The notes under the pieces were generated by a model. The model saw only the letters and a program-made list of their open reading frames with translations. It was not told the DNA's origin and did no database searches. From NCBI GenBank assembly GCA_037200925.1, contig JBBCGO010000001.1, positions 760,235 through 824,234 on the forward strand: DNA of 64,000 bases. Reading direction: 5' to 3'. Shown piece by piece: positions 21,401-33,943 of this stretch. Origin of the DNA: Candidatus Doudnabacteria bacterium. Its GTDB lineage: Bacteria; Patescibacteriota; Doudnabacteria; UBA920; O2-02-FULL-48-8. The translations under genes were made by a program, and so were the position numbers. The stretch's first letter is position 1. Each line of letters opens with the position of its first letter.

Positions 21401-23357
21401 CGCCAATACAGGAGGAGGCGGCGGCGGCGGCAGCGGTTCCGGCGGCAGCGGCATTGTTATTATTCGTTATCTTATACCGGTTCTAGAAGCCACTCCTCCG
21501 GTCGTTTCAGCCTTTGATGTGCAGCCGAGAAATGGTTCAAACGCAGTTACCGCAACTTTCACAGCCACTGATGCCGGAGGATCGCATCTTCTGAAAGCTG
21601 ACCTCTGGAAAGCTGTCTATGATGTCAGCAACTGCAATCCTGCGGGCAGCACTGCCGGCTGTAACTTCGGAGCAACTCCGGTAAACTCAGTCAATGCTCC
21701 GGCTGGCTCGGATGGCCCATGGAGCAGCTCTATGCTTGATAATGCCGCGGGGTCTGTGGTCTATGGCCTGCATGTTTATGACAATTCTGGCAATACCGGA
21801 TTTGAGCCGGCAAAGATCAGAGTTGATGCCCCGGCAGCATTCGCCACAGGTGGCACTATTACAAGTTCTGGCTTCAATGAGATCCATACCTTTACGTCGA
21901 GTGGGACTTTCACGCCCAGCGGTTCCGGGTCGATTCAATATCTGATAGTCGGCGGCGGAGGCGCAGGAGGCAGCGGCAGCGGCGGCACGGGCGGCGGCGG
22001 CGGAGGCGGGGGAGGAGTGCAAACCGGCACGCTGGCAGTTACTGCTCAACCCTACACTGTAACAATCGGCGGCGGCGGGGCAGGAGGTGCCAGCTCTGGA
22101 GCGAACGGTTCTAATTCAGTATTTGCATCTATCACTGCTACCGGCGGCGGCGGCGGCGCTACTTATGGAGTTGCTCCCGGAAACGGCGGTTCCGGCGGCG
22201 GCGGCGATTATAACGGAGTTGCGGGAACCGGTACCTCGGGTCAGGGTAACAATGGCGGATTGGGTTCCACTACTTCTACTTACGGCGGCGGTGGTGGTGG
22301 AGGAGGTGGTACTGCTGGAGGAGCCGGCAGTGCTACTGTTGGCGGAACCGGCGGCGCGGGTTTTTCGAGTTCCATTTCCGGCTCAGCTATCTTCTATGCC
22401 GGCGGCGGTGGAGGAGGCATTGTAAGCGGCACTCCCGGTCTTGGCGGAGGCGGCGGAGGAGGCGCGGGCGGAGCCGCTGGAAACGGTACCAGCGCTACAC
22501 CCAACACCGGCGGCGGAGGAGGCGCGGGCGGAAGCTCATCAGGACTTGGAGCTGCCGGCGGTTCCGGAATTGTTATTATCCGGTATAATCCTAGTCCTAG
22601 TGCATTTTTGCTGACCTCAGGCTCCTCTTGGACGGTTCCTGCTGGAGTTACAAGTATACAAACATGGGCAATCGGCGGCGGCGGTGGGGCAGGAGGAGCC
22701 GGACCCGCAGATGCCTCAACTGGTAGCGGTGGTGGAGCGGGAGGAGTAGCCTATAGTGCTTTTACTGTATCTCCTGGGGCGACTGTTTCTTATAGTTTGG
22801 GCAGCGCAGGTACAGGGGGTTCCGGCTGCGCCGGCGGTTCGACCGGTACGGCCGGCGGAAATACTACTGTGACAGTAGGCGGAGTAACCATCACCGGAAA
22901 TGGCGGCGGGGCGGGCGGCTGCAATACGGGAGTCGGCGGTACGGGTGGAAGTTTCAGCCCTAGCGGTGCAGCTGGCGCAGCCGGTCAAGGTGTAACTGGC
23001 GAAGGAGGGGGAGGATACGGCGGCGCAATAGGCGGCGGCATTGGTACCGCAGGAGGCAATGCCGGAAGTACAGGCGGTCAAGCTGTGGATGTTTCGGGCT
23101 CGAATGCGGTAATATCTGCGGCAGGATTCAGTACTTCGTCTCCTGGTGTTGGAGGCGGCACTGCTAGTACCCCTGCAAACGCGGTGAATGGAACGAGCGC
23201 AACGGGAGTAGGCGCGGGCGGGGGAGGAGCAGGTTGGTATGGGGGAACCGGAGGAAACGGTCTGTATGGAGGAGGCGGAGCAGGCGCTGCGGGATATCAA
23301 ACTAGTACGACGGGCGGAGCGGGCGGAGCCGGAGCAGTTCTTATAACATTCCCTTAA
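15474..23357 (+). CDS. Giant (2,627 aa) pilin-leader-fused, glycine-rich repeat surface protein (putative pilus-associated adhesin)
   Basis: N-terminal prepilin signal 'GFTLIEAVVATAVF' plus a ~165-aa pilin domain. About 6 repeats follow, each an Ig-like module 'PPVV(T/S)AFDVQPR...TATFTATD(S/A)GGSHL' plus a Gly-rich module 'SGTFTV...YLVVGGGGAGG...'. Two copies of a ~120-aa lectin-like segment ('GYVEFTY...DIDFGIKLQQS...VFRIAVVGGVVQYSRNGTVFYT'). Local GC is far above the flanking DNA. Confidence 0.75.
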   Translation: MNLKPITRNLRSDSGFTLIEAVVATAVFAFVVTSILGVYISTIQLDRKSRAQRAVAQDARFIMEFLAKEVRNGTINYPSYASSTVSGTSDLYIQNQANVVEHFFLSGTNMLINKGGANANMNSSGTKVTNLLFYIQPTTDPYTPAKSANDQPHVTVVLDLQSNYGTAAKDTVTMSLQDSFATRQYPLRVFGAGYTTPLYTTPTYPTPASGFATGGAVSTSGSNTVRTFSTSDTLTVFSAGTIQYLIVAGGGGGGQADGAGGGAGGVITGQMSIAAGTYPIIVGGGGTGATGSCLISGDTGSSGSNSSFHGLTAIAGGGGGSYGTSGLNGGSGGGGGAGNGAATAGLGTPNQGHDGMNSNNPPFGGGGGGATAVGGGWTAAAGIGGAGIPSDITGATVYYGGGGGGGANSANGSGGTGGVGGGGTGGTGGGGGNGINGTGGGGGGGGRINTVPNPTCSGGGTGGNGVVLIRYLTNPDITPPVVTAFDVQPKFTSGAVTATFTTTDSGGSHLKDAELWRATARSNCTTTDDSGCNDWAAVESEVAVSDVVWTSLVNTTATGNTLTKTGGAVGTNDAGAVSTRTIDSGDGYVEFTYNGSGFGGFVDGGLSNGNTDQSVADIDFGIKLQQSNFFYAEENGVPKGSAGSYVVGDVFRIAVVGGVVQYSRNGTVFYTSVQSPTYPLLFDTSIKELNSSIANAKIASTVSDSWTGNLTDTPPANIAEVYGLRVHDNAGNTGFQQTKIMVGEVTPPVVTAFDVQPRTTSGSVTATFTATDSGGSHLKNAELWRATARTNCTISDNSGCNDWAVAANTTIPANNVVWTSAVNATATGNTLTKTGGTDGTYDAGAVSTQTIGTDGGYVEFTYASGTGLMAGGLSNGNTDQSDADIDFGIKLQQSSFFYVYEKGVQKGSTGTYAVGDVFRIAVVGGVVQYSRNGTVFYTSVQSPTYPLLFDTSIGGSNNSISNAKIYYPSLDSWSGTMTDTPPTDTSYIYGVHVYDYSGNFGLEPAKIFVSSTSYGVTTSGFYTVYTFTISGTFTVASPQSVQVLVVGGGGGGSGSASGGGGGGGGAGGYNYNANYSVTPGSYSVTVGAGGAGGVANVRANAPNGSNSSFGTITSIGGGGGNGWTDPKASNGGSGGGAEWGDTVGLGTAGQGNNGGLASTTAPASGGGGGGGAGAVGGAGSSTNGGNGGIGLANSITGTSVYYAGGGGGGSTNAAGSASAGGLGGGGVGGKVSAGSPGTAGTGGGGGSGSNGLAGGAGGSGIVIISFLTTPDTTLPVVSAFDVQPRTASSSVTATFTATDSGGSHLQKANLMRAVYDASTCTTTVNTGCVWSVASTITAPAAADTWNAGSSPPAMFSEIPPAASYIYGIQVYDNAGNFGLEPAKIKVDAFGLSASGGTITTSGGVTTATFTTSGTFTVSGSGTIDYLVVGGGGAGGAGGGVGGGGGGAGGVFSGSMAVTAQAYPITIGAGGAGGGAAVGPKGSNTVFGAITALGGGGGGNYCNNATNGASGGGGSYNCTAGTGTAGQGHDGGAGSTDSPYGGGGGGGVSGSGGAGSNTNGGAGGAGIASSITGSPVFYGGGGGGSISSGPPGPGGSGGGGAGGSGASNGTNATPNTGGGGGSGSGAGGSGVVIIRYISPVVEGIAPVVSAFDVQPRSGSNLATATFTATDAGGSHLQKADLWRAPYDASVCNPAGSTAGCNFGASPVDSVNAPPASDGPWNGTLHDYAVGSLVYGLHVYDNSGNTGFEPAKIKVDGHAAFATGGTITTSGIYAIHTFTSSGTFTVIGSSPASVDYLVIGGGGAGGGAGNPGGGGGGAGGMRNGSLAVSPQSYTVTIGGGGASVGANGSNSVFGSITALGGGGGGTYGSAAASGGSGGGGSYTYSVGNGTSGQGNNGGSGTTNSPYGAGGGGGAGAVGGAGSASVGGTGGAGASSTISGATVFYAGGGGGNVSSGTSGPGGAGGGGAGGLGGAGTNGTANTGGGGGGGSGSGGSGIVIIRYLIPVLEATPPVVSAFDVQPRNGSNAVTATFTATDAGGSHLLKADLWKAVYDVSNCNPAGSTAGCNFGATPVNSVNAPAGSDGPWSSSMLDNAAGSVVYGLHVYDNSGNTGFEPAKIRVDAPAAFATGGTITSSGFNEIHTFTSSGTFTPSGSGSIQYLIVGGGGAGGSGSGGTGGGGGGGGGVQTGTLAVTAQPYTVTIGGGGAGGASSGANGSNSVFASITATGGGGGATYGVAPGNGGSGGGGDYNGVAGTGTSGQGNNGGLGSTTSTYGGGGGGGGGTAGGAGSATVGGTGGAGFSSSISGSAIFYAGGGGGGIVSGTPGLGGGGGGGAGGAAGNGTSATPNTGGGGGAGGSSSGLGAAGGSGIVIIRYNPSPSAFLLTSGSSWTVPAGVTSIQTWAIGGGGGAGGAGPADASTGSGGGAGGVAYSAFTVSPGATVSYSLGSAGTGGSGCAGGSTGTAGGNTTVTVGGVTITGNGGGAGGCNTGVGGTGGSFSPSGAAGAAGQGVTGEGGGGYGGAIGGGIGTAGGNAGSTGGQAVDVSGSNAVISAAGFSTSSPGVGGGTASTPANAVNGTSATGVGAGGGGAGWYGGTGGNGLYGGGGAGAAGYQTSTTGGAGGAGAVLITFP

Positions 23358-23420
23358 TCTTGTTCCGGATACAATCATTATTCGGTATTTTACTCCATAA
23401 CTGATATAATATTGTTATAT

Positions 23421-24182
23421 ATGAAGCTAGATTTGACTTTTAGGAAAATTCAACCAAAAAGAAGCCAAGAAGGTGTTACCCTGCTGATCTCGGTTTTGGT
23501 CATGTCGGGTTTGGCTTTGATCAGTTTGTCGGTTGCGGCTTTCGCCATTCAGGAATTGCGAGCATCCAGAGCCGTGATAGCCACGGAACCTGCGATCTCA
23601 GCTGCGGAGTCAGGCGGCGAAGAAGGCTTATGGGCGATCAAACGTTTACCAGCTTCATCTCTGGTAAATTGCGCCACCGGTCAAACCCCGCTAACCTTAA
23701 GCAACGGTTCTTTTGATACTTTGTGCAAAACGTACGGCAGTGCAGTCATAAAACTGCAAGCCAATGTCCCTTTTATTTTTTATCTATATGATCCGGGTAA
23801 TATCAACGGCGATATGGACCTGCTGGCTTATCCCTATACTAATTTGACGGTCATTGACCAATCAGGAACTAACAATGTTTCCGTAAATATCGTGCGCATA
23901 GATCAAAGCGCCACTCCGGTTGCCGGGGTAACGGTACCACCCGGTGCAACGCAGGTAATTAATATTATTAGCGTAGCGCCAGGCTCTGAAGGACGGATGA
24001 AAGTGACTTTGTTGTCCGTCAGTGATGCGACCGTGAACTTGAATACCAATCAGGGCATGCCGAATTTCCCGACAATCAATTCGGGAGGCTGTGCCGCCAG
24101 AACTGCCGTGGCTGATTGCGATACCTCAAACTCAGAATTATTCAGCCGCAGGATCAATATTACCGTGCCGCAGCCGCAATAA
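23421..24182 (+). CDS. PilX-like minor pilin / pilus-associated protein
   Basis: Hydrophobic prepilin-like N-terminus 'QEGVTLLISVLVMSGLALISL' without Glu5. Last gene of the pilus block. Confidence 0.45.
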   Translation: MKLDLTFRKIQPKRSQEGVTLLISVLVMSGLALISLSVAAFAIQELRASRAVIATEPAISAAESGGEEGLWAIKRLPASSLVNCATGQTPLTLSNGSFDTLCKTYGSAVIKLQANVPFIFYLYDPGNINGDMDLLAYPYTNLTVIDQSGTNNVSVNIVRIDQSATPVAGVTVPPGATQVINIISVAPGSEGRMKVTLLSVSDATVNLNTNQGMPNFPTINSGGCAARTAVADCDTSNSELFSRRINITVPQPQ

Positions 24183-24188
24183 GCAGAA

Positions 24189-24217
24189 TTATGAAAACCG
24201 CCCTCAACGGGCGGTTT
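24189..24217 (+). terminator. Rho-independent terminator after the pilus block
   Basis: Hairpin 'CCGCCCtcaaCGGGCGG' followed by TTTTGTT. Confidence 0.6.
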
Positions 24218-24251
24218 TGTTATTATATTTTTAAATTCTATATTCTGCCTG

Positions 24252-24830
24252 TTAGGGAAGCTTGATCACCTGACCCACGGTAATTAAATCCGAATTCTGC
24301 AGATTTGGGTTTACTGCAATAATGTCATCAACCGTAATGTTGAACTGCTTGGCAATGCTTGCCAGCGTATCGCCGTTTTTGATCGTATAAATTTTATTAG
24401 GGACCTTACTAGTGGTATCTTGGGGGATCTTCAGAGTTTGCCCGGCGTGCAGAACGTATGGTTCGGCCAAATTGTTGATCTGGGCGATCGAGTCCCAGCG
24501 GACATTATACTGCTGGCTGATGTTGAACAGAGTATCGCCGTTCTTTACGGCATATTGGGTGAACTGCGGCTCAGGATCCTGATGAGTGGCGGCACCCAGG
24601 ACCTGTTTTTGGTCGGTAATTGCCGGGTCAGCAGTTGATTGTGCAATTGGCGCGGTTGATTTATTATTAACTACGGGAGAGATGTCCTTTTTCGGCCAAA
24701 GGTTGACTATGAGCAGAATGCTTGCGACTAAAAAAAATACCCCGGCTGCGGTCAATTTCACATCCCGCCGCTTCTGCGGGGTGATCTGAGCTCTCAGCTC
24801 GGGTGATAAGTGGGGTTTAATGTATTTCAT
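24252..24830 (-). CDS. LysM-domain peptidoglycan-binding membrane protein
   Basis: N-terminal TM helix and two LysM repeats ('YTIKNGDTLASIAKQFNITVDDI...', 'YAVKNGDTLFNISQQYNVRWDSI...'). Confidence 0.8.
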   Translation of the reverse strand: MKYIKPHLSPELRAQITPQKRRDVKLTAAGVFFLVASILLIVNLWPKKDISPVVNNKSTAPIAQSTADPAITDQKQVLGAATHQDPEPQFTQYAVKNGDTLFNISQQYNVRWDSIAQINNLAEPYVLHAGQTLKIPQDTTSKVPNKIYTIKNGDTLASIAKQFNITVDDIIAVNPNLQNSDLITVGQVIKLP

Positions 24831-24863
24831 TCTCTCTCGTTTTTGTATTTCAAATTTACGTAA

Positions 24864-26903
<2,040 letters not shown>

Positions 26904-26946
26904 TTTATATTATAAGTTTATCAACCGCAGGTCCTGAACAACTGAA

Positions 26947-27300
26947 GTGGAGGAATACTTGGCTTCTTTATGCCCCAAGCAGCGAAAACGGATCGCCCGC
27001 AAGGGAGGCCGGGTTTCACAAAAACTTGGCCGCGCGCACATTTGGAAGACTTCGGAAGATGCTTTGCGTGCAGCTCTGCTCAAAAGCAAGTTTTACGGCC
27101 GGCTTTTTGCCAACAAGCCGCCACCGGTCAAGAGTACTATGACCGTTCGCGAAGTCGTGGATTTTCTGGGCTTGTCCGTCCGTACGATCCATAACCGCCT
27201 GGCTGACGGCAAGCTTTACGGCAAGAAAAAAGGGAAAAAACTCCAGATCACTACGGCATCGGTCATCGCTTTGCGGCAAGAGTACAAAAAACTGTTTTGA
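26947..27300 (+). CDS. Small basic protein with a KGG-like N-terminal motif and a C-terminal HTH_17 (excisionase/MerR-like) DNA-binding motif
   Basis: 'IARKGGRVSQKLGRA' (KGG-like) and 'MTVREVVDFLGLSVRTIHNRLADGKL' (HTH_17). GC-rich region. Start codon uncertain. Confidence 0.4.
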   Translation: MEEYLASLCPKQRKRIARKGGRVSQKLGRAHIWKTSEDALRAALLKSKFYGRLFANKPPPVKSTMTVREVVDFLGLSVRTIHNRLADGKLYGKKKGKKLQITTASVIALRQEYKKLF

Positions 27301-27353
27301 GCGAGATTCTTTTTGTCCAAGGCTCAAAATTTTTGAAGCAAAGGAGGAGGCGG

Positions 27354-27643
27354 ATGAGCGATCCTTCGAACTTGGCAACTCGTGAAGACGCCGCCCGGAT
27401 CTTTGGCGTATCCCTGCGTGAATTATCCGAACTCATCGCTCCGGCAAGCTTAACTGGACCGTGTCTGACGCTGACAAAACCTTCCTGGTCGTAATGCCCG
27501 AAGATCCTGAAAAGTTCATGGCCGAGATCCGGGGCCCTAAACTTTTACGCGTCGTCGAAGCGGCAAGGAAGCATGATGCGCCTACCTCAAGAAAACCGCT
27601 CGCCAGTGTGTCCGATGAATTCTACTGGTCTCAGCCCAAATAG
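27354..27643 (+). pseudogene. HTH_17 excisionase-like small protein interrupted by an apparent -1 frameshift
   Basis: RBS GGAGG then ATG at 27354. 'AARIFGVSLRELSELIA' HTH. The reading frame continues in frame -1 from about 27443 (GG vs expected GGG) as '...KLNWTVSDADKTFLVV...'. Confidence 0.35.
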
Positions 27644-27685
27644 CGTTGCAAGCAAGTTGCCGCGCTTTTCTTTTTGCAAAGCAGG

Positions 27686-27714
27686 TTGTTTAAGGGGTTA
27701 AATTGTATTATCAT
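27686..27714 (+). promoter_or_regulatory. Sigma70-type promoter (TTGTTT-17-TATCAT) for KGG gene copy 1
   Basis: Near-identical 55-bp upstream block repeated at 28053-28081. Confidence 0.5.
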
Positions 27715-27752
27715 GCCAGTAATTTGTGAAGCTTCGATTTTTAGGGAGGGCA

Positions 27753-27917
27753 TATGGGTAAGGAAGACCGTACGGACCGCCGAGGATTTGCTTCCATGGA
27801 TCCAGAAAAACAGCGCAGGATCGCCAGCAAAGGCGGACGTTCTGCTCACGAGAAAGGCAAGGCTTACGAATGGGACGCCGAGGCGGCGCGTAACGCTGGC
27901 CGCAAGGCGGACAAGTA
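27753..27917 (+). CDS. KGG-repeat general-stress-like small protein (YciG/Con-10-like), copy 1
   Basis: 55 aa 'RGFASMDPEKQRRIASKGGRSAHEKG...AARNAGRKADK' with two KGG-type repeats. RBS GGAGGG. Too short to appear in the supplied ORF track. Confidence 0.6.
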
Positions 27918-28052
27918 AGCCGCGGCGGCCGTGGACGACTTGATCAGCCCGCAGCGCCATTCCAGATCCATCAATAGAATAAAGAGCAGTCAAATGATGA
28001 CTCTCCAACAGCGTTTGCGAGCATTTGCGGCGCTTTTTTTTGCCAAAGCAGA

Positions 28053-28081
28053 TTGTTCAAGAGGTTAAATTGTATTATCAT
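28053..28081 (+). promoter_or_regulatory. Sigma70-type promoter (TTGTTC-17-TATCAT) for KGG gene copy 2
   Basis: Duplicate of the 27686-27714 element. Confidence 0.5.
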
Positions 28082-28115
28082 GCCAGTAATTTGAGCAATT
28101 TTTTGAGGAGGATGC

Positions 28116-28375
28116 ATGGACCAGCAAGACCGCAAAAACCCTCGGGGGTTTGCATCTCTGTCAGTGGAAAGGCGGCGCGAGCTCGGCAGCAAGGGCGGAC
28201 CGCGCGGCGCACGAGAAGGGCACTGCGTTTGAATGGAACTCCGATGAGGCGCGAGATGCCGGCCGCAAAGGAGGACGACTCAGTCGCGGCGGCCGTGGAC
28301 GGCTCAGTGTGCTGGCGGAGAACTCTCCGCCTCTTTTTCCAGAACCAACCGAACAGGAGCAAGCGAGCTCAGTAG
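28116..28375 (+). pseudogene. KGG-repeat stress-like protein, copy 2, with an internal +1 frame change
   Basis: 'MDQQDRKNPRGFASLSVERRRELGSKGG' then a stop. The second KGG repeat ('AAHEKGTAFEWNSDEARDAGRKGGRLSRGGRG') continues in another frame. The 222-aa ORF 28150-28818 is a read-through artefact. Confidence 0.4.
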
Positions 28376-28606
28376 AACTGGTACGATCAAAGTTGAAGTC
28401 GGATGCGCGAACTGTCAGGTACCTTCCACGCATTCAGGCTCTGACGGCTTGTGCTATTCGTGCACGAAATTCCGCGGTGAACTGCGGACTTTTGATAATG
28501 CAGGCCTTGAGCGTCTTCTGCTTAGACAGAATTGGAGCGACAGTTGCTTTGGAATATTCTGCAGTGAGTACAAGCGCCGGGGTTTGCACCTGCCACAATA
28601 AGCGGC

Positions 28607-28640
28607 GTAACGTGTGTGTTGCGCCGCTTATTTATTTTGA
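28607..28640 (+). terminator. Rho-independent terminator
   Basis: Hairpin 'AGCGGCGtaacgtgtgtgttGCGCCGCT' followed by TATTTATTTT. Confidence 0.6.
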
Positions 28641-28678
28641 CCGCAGTTGCTGCACTTATTTTTTTGATTTAAGCTTGA

Positions 28679-29072
28679 ATGGCAAGAGGAGGAAGGGTGG
28701 TTCAATCAAAAAAACCTGTGACGGTTGGGTATGCTTGTCAGGTTTTGGACGTGACCGAAACCGAGCTTATGAAGCTTTTGGTGAAGAACAGGCTCAAATG
28801 GGCCATGGCAGCAGATAAAACCGTGGCCGTGGAACTGCCGGATGATGTTCCGCGATTTTCGGCAGAATTGAAGATCCAGCGGGAATCAATAAGCTTGGGG
28901 TCTGCGCGGCCGAACTTTCTGTGGCGCAAGACACGATCAAAACTTACTTGAAGAATGGCAAACTCAAGCGCGCACCCGCAGGCGTTACCTGATCACCAGC
29001 GAATCTGTGGAAAAACTGAAAGCTGTGCAAACAGCACAGCGAAGGAGACGGGCAAGGAGAGCGCGTCATGGC
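28679..29072 (+). pseudogene. Fragmented HTH_17 (excisionase-like) coding region spread over three frames
   Basis: HTH motif 'LGVCAAELSVAQDTIKTYLKNGKLKRAPAG' with its continuation 'RYLITSESVEKLKAVQ' in another frame (TT vs TTT near 28984). A separate N-terminal HTH-like part lies in the ORF starting at 28679. Confidence 0.3.
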
Positions 29073-29259
29073 TGAACCCGAAACTGATCTGATTCCTCGG
29101 CCTGCGCTCAGGGAGATCGAGAAGCGATACATTCTCGAGATCCTTGAATACACAGGTTGGGATAAGAAGAAATCTGCCAAGATCTTGGAGATCAGCCGCG
29201 GTACATTGTATCGCAAGATCTTAGTGTACGGTCTGATTCAGGCCAAGGAGGCGGTGTAA
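29068..29259 (+). CDS. Small stand-alone Fis-family (HTH_8) DNA-binding protein
   Basis: 63 aa 'LREIEKRYILEILEYTGWDKKKSAKILEISRGTLYRKI', a classic Fis/NtrC C-terminal HTH. Confidence 0.6.
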   Translation: MAEPETDLIPRPALREIEKRYILEILEYTGWDKKKSAKILEISRGTLYRKILVYGLIQAKEAV

Positions 29260-29306
29260 TCGATTACGGCCGCTTTTTTTTTCCCCAGACTATCCCCAAT
29301 AGGGGG

Positions 29307-29335
29307 TTGACACTCTTTTCAAAAAAAGTTATAAT
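29307..29335 (+). promoter_or_regulatory. Consensus sigma70 promoter (TTGACA-17-TATAAT), putative rRNA operon promoter
   Basis: Perfect -35 and -10 hexamers with a 17-bp spacer, followed by a ~600-nt structured leader and the 23S gene. Confidence 0.7.
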
Positions 29336-29955
29336 TTAATAAGTTTAGTCAAAACAAACAATTAATTTGATAAATAGGGCATAAATTATGGTTAATCAGG
29401 ACATTTTCACGATAAAGATAGGCGGTTCCATGAACTAGCACGCATTTTTTATGTGTGTGTGAGCATGACCCGCCAAAAGGCGGTTTTTTGTTGGAATTTA
29501 TATCTAGGATTCACTGCTTCCCCGCACAGCTTGACTTAAGCAGGGTCTGAAAGCAAGCAGTGGATTCTGGACGTAAAGGTTAGCACTTTGGACAACTAAC
29601 CGGCATCAAAAGAAACATGTTTTGCCGAATGCGTATGGGAACTGATGAGGTTCCGGTAGGCGCAGACGGACAGATTAATTTCTGAACATGTTTGAATCCA
29701 AGTCCTCGTCATGTAAACGGGCAAATAATAAGTAATTAGTAATCACTATTGCTAGTCAAATATATTATGAGGAAAGAACCTTCGGTTCTCTCCTCATCGC
29801 GCCCGTCGCAGAGCCGATTTTGCTTCGCAAAACAAGCGCCGCTTACTCCTCTCTCCTCCAAAAAGGAAAAGGAGCAGGCTGCTTGCCGAACGAAGTGAGG
29901 TCAGCTTTGCTGACAGCCGATGAGGGAAAACCGCAGGTTGTCCCTCATAACTTGA

Positions 29956-33321
<3,366 letters not shown>

Positions 33322-33519
33322 TTAATTCAAAATTAAAATTTTCCTCAGAAAATTTTATCCCGAGGATATATTTCTTGGGAAGGTTTTAGTTTTTTTGACT
33401 AGCAGTTAGTGATTATTAAAAATTACATAATTGTGTGCTGGGTAATGGAGTTGGGCGGATATGTTGTTGACGCGAAACCGGCGTGCGGAGTTTCTACCGT
33501 CCACGTTTCGAGGTTAGCG

Positions 33520-33880
33520 AATACACAACTTCTTCCCATCCTGGGAAAGTTACCAGGCTGGTGGGGCATTGTCTTGACCGCGTAATAAGGTCAAGACGCG
33601 ACAGATGTCTGCCTAAGCCAGTCTGGTAACTCTTCCCGGTTTCAAAAGTTACAAATTCGACTGTGAGATGTATTCCATCAAGAGTGAGTGAGGTGGAAGC
33701 AGGCTGCGGCCGAAGCGTCAAATCCTAACCTGTTGCGGGTTAGGACACAGTTCGGATACCGGAAAGTCACCAGGCTAAGTGAACAACGGCGCAACCTCCC
33801 CGGTTGCGAGGGAACGTTTGTCTGCGGTCTGGTGACTCTTCCCGGTTTTAATGGGGAAGGTTGCGGTTCTGAAACACGAT
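33520..33880 (+). ncRNA. Two tandem copies of a structured RNA motif in the 23S-tRNA spacer
   Basis: Copy 1 'GTTACCAGGCTGG...CCAGTCTGGTAACTCTTCCCGGTTT'. Copy 2 'GTCACCAGGCTAAG...GGTCTGGTGACTCTTCCCGGTTTT'. The closing stem shows a compensatory T>C / A>G change. Confidence 0.4.
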
Positions 33881-33943
33881 GCAATTGGTTCGTGCGACGA
33901 ACGGTAACTGACCCCCGCCAATTTCAAGGAGAAATAAGTTTGT

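Noticed and set aside
16200-23000. CRISPR array
   Set aside because: The repeats are protein-coding Gly-codon tracts of variable length with no regular repeat-spacer periodicity and no cas genes. No CRISPR array was found anywhere in the window.
28150-28818. 222-aa ORF following KGG copy 2
   Set aside because: Only its first ~40 codons (the second KGG repeat) look genuine. The rest reads through a terminator hairpin (28607-28640) in GC-rich DNA and has random composition. It is interpreted as a frame-disrupted copy of the 55-aa KGG gene.
26904-29300. Integrated prophage or integrative element (suggested by the excisionase-like HTH_17 genes)
   Set aside because: No integrase/recombinase, tRNA-flanking att repeats, or phage structural genes were detected. 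It is reported only as a GC-rich accessory islet.
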